Source: Tolypothrix carrinoi HA7290-LM1 (GTDB taxonomy: Bacteria; Cyanobacteriota; Cyanobacteriia; Cyanobacteriales; Nostocaceae). Taken from it: 21,593 nucleotides of DNA. The stretch spans positions 1 to 21,593 of the forward strand of contig JAHHIK010000130.1 of NCBI GenBank assembly GCA_019358935.1, written 5' to 3'. The notes below the pieces were generated by a model that was not told where the DNA came from, did not search any database, and saw only the letters and a list, made by a program, of their open reading frames with translations. Below, in pieces: positions 14,479 to 21,593 of this stretch; positions within the stretch are counted from its first letter, which is position 1, and each line of letters opens with the position of its first letter. Position numbers and translations under genes: made by a program.

Positions 14479-15981
14479 ATGAAAATTGATTCTCATAACA
14501 ACAATTATTATTATGATAACAAGCTTAATTTCACTCCTATATCCTCAGTAGATTCCTTTAATCAAAAGGATGATTACAACTTTCGTTTTGGCAGTCACAG
14601 CAGCTTGAATACAGCGAAAAATGACGTGCAGATGCTCGATTCGTCTACTACTGCTTATAGTGAAAACTATAACTATACTGATGGCTATGGTTTAATTAAT
14701 GCCGCAGATGCAGTGAGTAAAGCTGCTGGTAAGAAGACTTTTGCTGATGTTCCTAACCTTGGTGGCAATAATTGGGGTGCTGACCTTGTAAAAGCGCCGT
14801 CAGCGTGGGCGACGGGATACACTGGTAAGGGTGTTGTGGTTGCAGTGGTGGATACTGGGGTTGACCGCAACCATGACGACTTAAAAGATAATATCTGGAC
14901 TAATAGTAAAGAAATTCCTAACAACGGCAAAGATGATGACGGCAATGGTTATGTTGATGATGTTTACGGTTGGAATTTTGACGGCAACGATAACAACACT
15001 TTAGATGTAGCCGGTCATGGCACTCATGTTTCTGGTACTATTGCTGGAGAGAACAACAACTTTGGTGTGACTGGCATTGCCTATGATGCTTATATTATGC
15101 CAGTCAAAGTTCTAGATGACTCTGGTAGTGGTTCTTATGATGCGATCGCACAGGGTATTCGTTATGCTGCGGACAATGGAGCCAATGTCATCAACTTAAG
15201 CTTAGGTGGCGATTATCCTGACAGCGGTCTAGAATCAGCTTTGAAATATGCTAGCAGCAAAGGAGCGATCGTTGTCATGGCAGCGGGTAATGAGAGTGGC
15301 TTCCAACCAGGATACCCTGCCCATTACGCAGACGAAACCGGAATTGCTGTTGGTGCTGTCGATAATAAAAATAATTTGGCTAGCTTCTCTAATCTAGCTG
15401 GATTTAACCCGCTCACCTACGTCACAGCTCCAGGAGTCGATGTCTACTCGACACTTCCGGGTAACAAATATGCTTTTTATAGTGGCACATCGATGGCAAG
15501 TCCTCACGTTGCTGGTGTAGTAGCCTTGATGTTAAGTGCTAACCCTAATTTAACAGATGCTCAAGTGCGTCAAATTCTCGAAGATACTTCTGGAAATAGT
15601 ACACAAGCTGCAAATTCTAACTTCAGCTTAAATTCTGCAACTCAGAGCGATCGACTGGTTGCAAATATATCTACTACCTCATTTGAATCTTCCCCCGAAA
15701 TTGCCGACGACTTTTTGCAAAGTTTTAGCAGTGGAATTGAAAGTAATTCTATAAATTTTTTCCCAAGTTACAAGCCGGCAACTTTCAGCTTCACCGATAG
15801 TTCTATTCAAGATAATGAAATGTTGATACCACAATTCGGGTTACAATCCCAATATTATCAGGATATTTTCAGCATCAATAGCTTTGACGATGCTGTTGTT
15901 GAAAACATATTAAAACAACCAAAAACACAAATCGAAGAGTATCGCGATTGGTTGTTTGATATCAATTCAGAAATAGTTTAG
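14479..15981 (+). CDS. S8 (subtilisin-like) serine peptidase
   Basis: VVAVVDTG, DDDGNGYVDD Ca-binding loop, HGTHVSG, AAGNE, SGTSMASPHVAG; Ser/Asn/Phe-rich C-terminal tail; no signal peptide. Confidence 0.92.
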   Translation: MKIDSHNNNYYYDNKLNFTPISSVDSFNQKDDYNFRFGSHSSLNTAKNDVQMLDSSTTAYSENYNYTDGYGLINAADAVSKAAGKKTFADVPNLGGNNWGADLVKAPSAWATGYTGKGVVVAVVDTGVDRNHDDLKDNIWTNSKEIPNNGKDDDGNGYVDDVYGWNFDGNDNNTLDVAGHGTHVSGTIAGENNNFGVTGIAYDAYIMPVKVLDDSGSGSYDAIAQGIRYAADNGANVINLSLGGDYPDSGLESALKYASSKGAIVVMAAGNESGFQPGYPAHYADETGIAVGAVDNKNNLASFSNLAGFNPLTYVTAPGVDVYSTLPGNKYAFYSGTSMASPHVAGVVALMLSANPNLTDAQVRQILEDTSGNSTQAANSNFSLNSATQSDRLVANISTTSFESSPEIADDFLQSFSSGIESNSINFFPSYKPATFSFTDSSIQDNEMLIPQFGLQSQYYQDIFSINSFDDAVVENILKQPKTQIEEYRDWLFDINSEIV

Positions 15982-16025
15982 AAAAATGTCCAAAAATTAA
16001 CAGTAATAAAAACATACCTACCGTC

Positions 16026-16055
16026 GTAGAGACGTTCCACACCGAACGTCTCTAC
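16026..16055. repeat. REP-like palindrome between convergent genes
   Basis: GTAGAGACGTTC-cacacc-GAACGTCTCTAC. Confidence 0.8.
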
Positions 16056-16114
16056 AGTATATGTGATTTGCGCTCCCACGATATGAGAAGCTGCGCGTCT
16101 TTGCACCCCCAATT

Positions 16115-17611
16115 CTACCTCACAGAGAAAGCCTCACTAAACCTGCGTGTCACCGGCTCCATGATGAAAGTCAAAATCGACTTTTTACGAGTGACAATTT
16201 CACCATTAGCAGTCATCCCTGGTATGAATGCAACTTCTTTATCCCGCACCATTATAGAATGTTTATTCAGCTTAATTCTTGTGGGGAAAACTAAACCCAA
16301 TTCTTTATCAACGATCGCATTCGGACTTACTTGCACAACCTCACCGTTAACTGTGCCAAATTCCTGAAAAGAAAAGGGTTGCATTTTCACTTTGGCTTTC
16401 ATTCCCTCACGAATAAAGCCAATATCGCGATTTAATACTTTCACCTCTAGCAATAAATCCTCACCTTCTGGTAAAATAGATAGTAACTCTTCACCTGATT
16501 GCACGGGTCCTTTGGTTGCTTTGATTCTGTAGATAGTTCCGGCAACCGGAGCTTTGATAGTTTCGTCATCTTGTTGCTTTCTTGCCTGTTCTAACTGACC
16601 TTCAACGTTGGTCATTTCTTCTTTGCGCTTGTTGATTTCAGTTAAAATTTCACTTTGACGCTCTGATGCTACACGTTGCGCTTGATTGCGGGCACCTTGA
16701 TAAGCTGCTTCGAGAGAGCGAGTTTCTTGCTTTTGCCCAGCGATATCTTTTTCTAAAGACGCTACTTTGTCTTGCTCTTCGTTAAGCTTGGTTTGAGCAT
16801 TGACTATCTCATCTTTTGCTCTGGTAATTTGTGCATTTGCCTGGTTGTATGATTCTTGCGCTTGCAAGTATTGTAATTTCGCTACTCCACCGCTAGCAAG
16901 TAAAGATCCGAGTCTGTCTACCCTTTCTTGGGCAATCTTCAAGTTAGGTAATGTTTGGTCGCGGACTTGTTTGGCGTTTTCCAGATTATTTCTAATATTA
17001 GCAAGATTACTTCTGGCGTTGTCTAAATTATCTTCCAAACGGGTGAGGCGTACTTTTGATTGGTCTATTAACGCTTGTTGGCGGTTGGCATCGGCTTCAG
17101 CTGCTGCTTGACGTGCTTTGAAGTCTTGCAAACGAGAGTTTAAAAGTTCATTTTGTAGTTGCGTTCCGGCTATTGTACCACCAATACGTTCTGCATCCAA
17201 ACGCCGCATGTCTTCTTGAATCAATTTTACAGATTTGCTGAGGCGGGCAACATCAGTTTTTTGCACATCCGGATCGCGTTGAAGCAAAACTTGGTCTTTA
17301 GCAACGCGATCGCCTTCTTTAACGTTGACTGCGACAATTGACCCACCACCCAACGATGTCACCGGTCGCACTTGTGCCGAAGGAATTAATTCTCCTGGTG
17401 CGATCGCTACTTCATCTATTTGCGAAAAATGCGCCCAGGCGATCGTTCCAAATATCACCGCACTAATTGTTCCTGCTAAAATTCTCGTGTATAGCGGCGG
17501 TAATTCCTGTACCGCTTTACCTAATTCATAAGATAATTGGTCTTCTGGTTTAGCAAATCTTTCTTTTGTCTGACGTGCTTGAGCAGCATTTGCAACTATG
17601 GAAGATTTCAT
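16115..17611 (-). CDS. hlyD: HlyD-family membrane fusion (periplasmic adaptor) protein
   Basis: N-terminal TM, IDEVAIAPGELIP, VKEGDRVAKDQVL lipoyl half, long coiled coil, IKAPVAGTI, RDIGFIREGM, PGMTANGEI. Confidence 0.92.
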   Translation of the reverse strand: MKSSIVANAAQARQTKERFAKPEDQLSYELGKAVQELPPLYTRILAGTISAVIFGTIAWAHFSQIDEVAIAPGELIPSAQVRPVTSLGGGSIVAVNVKEGDRVAKDQVLLQRDPDVQKTDVARLSKSVKLIQEDMRRLDAERIGGTIAGTQLQNELLNSRLQDFKARQAAAEADANRQQALIDQSKVRLTRLEDNLDNARSNLANIRNNLENAKQVRDQTLPNLKIAQERVDRLGSLLASGGVAKLQYLQAQESYNQANAQITRAKDEIVNAQTKLNEEQDKVASLEKDIAGQKQETRSLEAAYQGARNQAQRVASERQSEILTEINKRKEEMTNVEGQLEQARKQQDDETIKAPVAGTIYRIKATKGPVQSGEELLSILPEGEDLLLEVKVLNRDIGFIREGMKAKVKMQPFSFQEFGTVNGEVVQVSPNAIVDKELGLVFPTRIKLNKHSIMVRDKEVAFIPGMTANGEIVTRKKSILTFIMEPVTRRFSEAFSVR

Positions 17612-17621
17612 ATTTGGTTAA

Positions 17622-17780
17622 TGGTTAGGTGTTAGTTGTTAGTTGTTAGTTGTTAGTTGTTAGTTGTTAGTTGTTAGTTGTTAGTTATTAGTTGTTAGTT
17701 GTTGTTTTAATAACCACGCTCCCACTATCTACTATCCACTATCAACTATCAACTATCAACTATCCACTAACAACTAACCA
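17622..17780. repeat. Heptamer STRR tracts (GTTAGTT)n and (CAACTAT/CCACTAT)n in opposite orientation
   Basis: About 10 GTTAGTT units at 17630-17700 and about 8 C(A/C)ACTA(T/A) units at 17722-17777. Confidence 0.9.
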
Positions 17781-17781
17781 G

Positions 17782-18657
17782 TTAAACTGCTAAATAACGC
17801 TTAATGAAACTTTCTAAGGTTTCTAGCTTAAAATTGTAAATCGCCTCTAAATTGGCAATTTCCTCAGTTGTACAGAAAAATTCATTCGCTAGCAATGTAC
17901 GAAAGGTTCCCAAAGCTTTTTGTCCTTCAAAATTAAACAAACCTAATGCACCCCGTAACCCATCAACTAGCAAAAGTGGTGCGTTAATCAATACTGGCTC
18001 TTTGTTGAAGATGCGACCAAAAATCCGAGGAATATCTCCTCGCAATAAAATGGACGGTCCGCCGACTGGTAAAATTTTGTTACGAGCTGCGGCAACTCTC
18101 ACAGAATCTACTACCATTTTTGCTAAATCATCTGTACTGATAATTGAAGTACGGTTTTTCGGGTCGCCAATAAGCAAATAAAGTCCCGTTTCCCGAAACC
18201 GTTCTGCTAATGGCAGCAAATTTGATGCTAATCCAGCTGGGCGTAAAATAGTGTAATTTAAACCACTGGCTTGTAAATAGCGCTCTACTGCTCGTTTTGC
18301 TTTGAAAACCGGAGCATCTTCATACCCTCGGTCAACACCGAGTACGGAAATAAAGACAAAGTGCTGTACTTTATTGGCTTTTGCTTGATCGATTAATTCA
18401 ATATTCGCTCGGTAGTCCAGGGATAAGGCATTGCTACCAGAACCGTGGGCGCTGATAATATACTGTACGCCCTGACAAGCTTTCTGGATATCTTTTTCTT
18501 CTTGCAAATCGCCGATGAAGATGTCAGATCCTCGGTGTTCTAACTCGCTGTAACGCGATGTCAAACGTACAAATGACCTCACGGACATCTCGTGTGTACG
18601 TAGTAGTCGCACGACTCTGCGACCAATATCTCCTGTTGCTCCAGTGACCAGAAACAT
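17782..18657 (-). CDS. Atypical SDR/NmrA-like NAD(P)-binding oxidoreductase, 291 aa
   Basis: MFLVTGATGDIGRRVV Rossmann motif, FVFISVLG, SGLNYTILRP. The true start is ATG 18657; the upstream extension is repeat-derived. Confidence 0.88.
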   Translation of the reverse strand: MFLVTGATGDIGRRVVRLLRTHEMSVRSFVRLTSRYSELEHRGSDIFIGDLQEEKDIQKACQGVQYIISAHGSGSNALSLDYRANIELIDQAKANKVQHFVFISVLGVDRGYEDAPVFKAKRAVERYLQASGLNYTILRPAGLASNLLPLAERFRETGLYLLIGDPKNRTSIISTDDLAKMVVDSVRVAAARNKILPVGGPSILLRGDIPRIFGRIFNKEPVLINAPLLLVDGLRGALGLFNFEGQKALGTFRTLLANEFFCTTEEIANLEAIYNFKLETLESFIKRYLAV

Positions 18658-18672
18658 ATAAATTTCAATTAT

Positions 18673-18749
18673 GTGTTGGGTGTTGGTGGTTGGGTGTTGG
18701 GTGTTGGGCAATGGGCAATGGGCAATGGGCAATGGGCAATGGGCAATGG
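18673..18749. repeat. Heptamer STRR tract (TGGGTGT / TGGGCAA)n
   Basis: TGGGCAA repeated about six times, preceded by TGGGTGT units. Confidence 0.9.
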
Positions 18750-18790
18750 GAATAAAGCCAAATTTCGATCAATGCCCACTTGGACGCTTG

Positions 18791-18920
18791 CCCCATGCCC
18801 CATGACGGCAGGTGCTACAACGGAGGGAACCTCCGCAACGCACTGCCTCCCCCATGCCCCATGACGGCAGGTGCTACAACGGAGGGAACCTCCGCAACGC
18901 ACTGCCTCCCCCATGCCCCA
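18791..18920. repeat. Tandem 59-bp duplication of an SDR-like hairpin embedded in CCCCATG heptamers
   Basis: CCCCATGCCCCATGACGGCAGGTGCTACAACGGAGGGAACCTCCGCAACGCACTGCCTC at 18791 and 18850. Confidence 0.9.
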
Positions 18921-18945
18921 CTATCCACTAACCACATCCTAAAAT

Positions 18946-19728
18946 TTAAAATTCAACAATGACGGGTGTATGGTCGCTGGGTTGAGGTAATTTTCTCGGT
19001 TCTATGTCAATGGTGCAGCTGACTGCACGCTCGTACAAGGGAGCCGTTAGATAATGATGATCGATTCGCCAACCTAAGTTACGGCGAAAAGCGGCAGCGC
19101 GATAGTCCCACCAGCTATAATGTCCGCCTTCTGTGGTAAATTTACGAAAGGCATCAGCAAATCCTAAGGCGAGAATGTTTCGTAAGGCTTGACGTTCCTG
19201 TGGAGATGACATGATATGATTTTCCGCAATTACGCCTTCATGAATATCTTCAGGCTCTAAGGCTATATTAAAGTCGCCACACATGCAGATTGTTGTTTGG
19301 GATGATAAGAGCAATCGCAAATACTCTAAGAGCAATTTTAACCATTCAAGCTTATATTCATATTTTTCGCTGCCTACGGCTGAACCATTGGGAACGTAAA
19401 GATTAACGATGCGAATGCCATTATTTACACCTGTAATCACCCGCTTGGACTCATCCCAAGTTGGCTCTATATCCGCCAAAATTGACTTAAAACCAGTACT
19501 TACATCTGTAAGCGGTTCGCGACTAATCAAAGCCACACCGTTGTAAGCTTTTTGCCCTGATGTATACAGATGATAGCCTAATTCCTCAAAAGGCGATCGC
19601 GGAAAGTTACTATCTACAACTTTGGTTTCTTGTAAGCACAGCACATCAACCAAATTTTCACTCAACCAATTAACAACGTGTTCTAAACGAGTACGAATTG
19701 AGTTGACATTCCAAGTAGCTATTTTCAT
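18946..19728 (-). CDS. xth: Exodeoxyribonuclease III
   Basis: MKIATWNVNSIR, LCLQETK, YNGVA, NLYVPNG, CGDFNIA, YSWWDYR, WRIDH, PSDHTPV. Confidence 0.96.
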   Translation of the reverse strand: MKIATWNVNSIRTRLEHVVNWLSENLVDVLCLQETKVVDSNFPRSPFEELGYHLYTSGQKAYNGVALISREPLTDVSTGFKSILADIEPTWDESKRVITGVNNGIRIVNLYVPNGSAVGSEKYEYKLEWLKLLLEYLRLLLSSQTTICMCGDFNIALEPEDIHEGVIAENHIMSSPQERQALRNILALGFADAFRKFTTEGGHYSWWDYRAAAFRRNLGWRIDHHYLTAPLYERAVSCTIDIEPRKLPQPSDHTPVIVEF

Positions 19729-19828
19729 TCTTTTAAATTATCAGTAAGTCAATTGTTATTTATCAAGATTTATTAAGTTAGTTTTAGTCAACAAAAATTT
19801 AGTAATTTTGGCTACAAAATATCTAGTT

Positions 19829-19922
19829 TAGGACTAACGCAGAAGAATGAAAAAACGAACCGCAGAGGGCACAGAGGACACAGAAGTTGAGAGGAGCGAT
19901 CTTGGTTTTTGCGTAAGTCCTA
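19829..19922. mobile_element. Small MITE-like element (94 bp)
   Basis: TIRs TAGGACTAACGCA / TGCGTAAGTCCTA (12/13); internal CGCAGAGGGCACAGAGGACACAGA repeat. Confidence 0.7.
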
Positions 19923-20181
19923 TAGTTAATATATGATCCCGAAGATAGATGAAAGTATTTAGGATTACCCTGTAGGATGAAATTGAGATTGCCTGATAGC
20001 TGTGTGGTAATAGTATTTAATTAGTTAATTGTATTTTCCAAGTACGGTTAACCGATATTTTGGTCTGGGGAGTAAATAAGGTTAATTTAAATTGCAAACG
20101 CTTAAGTAGAAATGCTCTACCGTCATAATATTTAAGTGTCTGATGTGAGGACTTTTTCCACAAAACAAGCAAAGCAAAGAA

Positions 20182-21249
20182 ATGAAAATCGCTCAAGTAG
20201 CCCCCTTATGGGAACAAGTTCCACCTCCGAGTTATGGAGGAATTGAGTTGGTAGTGAGTCGATTGACTGATGAACTAGTGCGTCGAGGTCATGATGTAAC
20301 TTTGTTCGCTTCTGGCGATTCACAAACGTTAGCTGATTTAAAAGCAGTTTATCCGCGTGCATTGCGCTTAGACCCGAATGTCAAAGATTATGGCGTGTAT
20401 GAAACACTCGAACTCAGCCAAGTTTACCAAAATGCAGCGGAATTTGACATCATCCATTCCCATGTAGGGATTTCGGCGTTACCTTTAGCGAGTTTGGTAT
20501 CAACACCTACAGTTCATACTTTGCATGGGAAATTTAATTCCGACAACCGTAATGTATTTTCTCACCATCAAAAGCAAGCATACGTCAGCATTAGTAACGC
20601 GCAGCGTCAAATCGATCTGAACTACGTCGGCACAGTATACAACGGAATTAATCCGGCAGATTATCCTTTTGTCGCCAAACCTGAAGAACCGCCATATTTA
20701 GCATTCTTAGGACGCTTTTCACCAGAAAAGGGACCGCAACATGCGATCGCCATTGCGAAAAAAACAGGTTGGCGTCTAAAAATGGCTGGAAAAGTCGATT
20801 TAGTAGACTCTCAGTTTTTTGAACAAGAAATAGCTACAGAAATCGATAATCAGCAAATTGAATACCTCGGTGAAATTAACCACGCTGAAAAAGCTGAACT
20901 TCTGGGCAATGCTACTATTACGCTTTTTCCCATTAGCTGGAGCGAACCTTTTGGTTTAGTAATGATTGAATCAATGGCTACTGGGACACCAGTAATTGCC
21001 ATCAACTTAGGTTCAGTACCGGAAGTCATCGCCCAAGGTGTAACAGGTATGGTTTGCCAAAGTTATGATGAAATGGCGGCAATGATTAAATCTGCTTTAG
21101 AATTAAATCGTCAAACTTGCCGAGAATATGTAGAAAACAACTTTAGTGTTAGCCAAATGGTTAACGGCTACGAAGCGGTTTATGAAAAAATAATTCAAGA
21201 CCGTATTCATTCTAACGGGCGCGTTCGTGTCGGCAATATCCGCTTTTAA
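20182..21249 (+). CDS. Glycosyltransferase family 4 (GT-B)
   Basis: MKIAQVAPLWEQVPPPSYGGIE, FDIIHSH, FLGRFSPEKG, EPFGLVMIESMATGTPVI. Confidence 0.93.
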   Translation: MKIAQVAPLWEQVPPPSYGGIELVVSRLTDELVRRGHDVTLFASGDSQTLADLKAVYPRALRLDPNVKDYGVYETLELSQVYQNAAEFDIIHSHVGISALPLASLVSTPTVHTLHGKFNSDNRNVFSHHQKQAYVSISNAQRQIDLNYVGTVYNGINPADYPFVAKPEEPPYLAFLGRFSPEKGPQHAIAIAKKTGWRLKMAGKVDLVDSQFFEQEIATEIDNQQIEYLGEINHAEKAELLGNATITLFPISWSEPFGLVMIESMATGTPVIAINLGSVPEVIAQGVTGMVCQSYDEMAAMIKSALELNRQTCREYVENNFSVSQMVNGYEAVYEKIIQDRIHSNGRVRVGNIRF

Positions 21250-21307
21250 TTAACGCTTTTTTAGCACTTAAAACAAACAACGATTTTTTGTCAAGGAGGA
21301 CATTCGT

Positions 21308-21508
21308 ATGAGTATGAGAGCCAACACCTGTCCGTGTTGCGGTGCTTCCCTGCTACGTCATGTCCGTCAAGGTGAATTATACTGGTTTTGTCAATCTTGT
21401 CGCCAAGAAGTTCCACAGTTAACAGTTTCTCGCTCGACTAACAAAGAAACCAGAATCACAGGAGTGCTTACCGCTTCTAAATGTGTGGACAGAACTACCA
21501 CTAGCTAG
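21308..21508 (+). CDS. Small zinc-ribbon-like protein (66 aa)
   Basis: AGGAGG RBS; CPCCG...WFCQSCRQEVP double CxxC. Confidence 0.75.
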   Translation: MSMRANTCPCCGASLLRHVRQGELYWFCQSCRQEVPQLTVSRSTNKETRITGVLTASKCVDRTTTS

Positions 21509-21593
21509 ATAATTTGTCCATACCTCACTCCACGGTGTAAGTGAAAGCGTTCTTTCCTAGTGCTTACGCTTCCTCGGTTTCGAGGTTGGCTAG

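Noticed and set aside
14685..18181. Antisense ORFs within the S8, hlyD and SDR genes
   Set aside because: Opposite-strand shadows of strongly supported CDSs.
18658..18962. SDR N-terminal extension and ORFs 18669-18914, 18673-18864, 18780-18962
   Set aside because: Products of heptamer/SDR repeats (PIAHC, GNGQWAM).
20030..20120. NtcA boxes upstream of the glycosyltransferase
   Set aside because: The GTA...TAC candidates have 9-nt spacing rather than the required GTA-N8-TAC.

Overview
Chromosomal window from a filamentous, probably heterocystous (Nostocales-like) cyanobacterium, inferred from abundant HIP1 (GCGATCGC), heptamer STRR repeats, REP/SDR-like palindromes and gene content. The left 4 kb is an accessory island. 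Small, co-oriented (+ strand) genes sit between same-polarity tandem arrays of HIP1-centred repeat units: an IS605-interrupted ORF remnant, an antitoxin/PIN-toxin pair, a secreted protein with a nonsense stop, and a partner gene plus a frameshifted HNH nuclease. The largest array (25 intact HIP1 in about 730 bp) ends exactly at a HIP1 inside a VOC/glyoxalase gene and replaces that gene's 3' half. The most interesting hypothesis is that this is an integron-like, HIP1-delimited gene-cassette array. The rest of the window holds a DUF92 gene, a type I secretion locus (PpiC-type PPIase, cNMP/C39-like HlyB, convergent HlyD) enclosing three proteases without signal peptides (two S8, one calpain-like C2), an SDR oxidoreductase, xth, a GT4 glycosyltransferase, a small CxxC protein and several MITE/REP/STRR repeats. 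All family calls are from motif recognition, without database searches.
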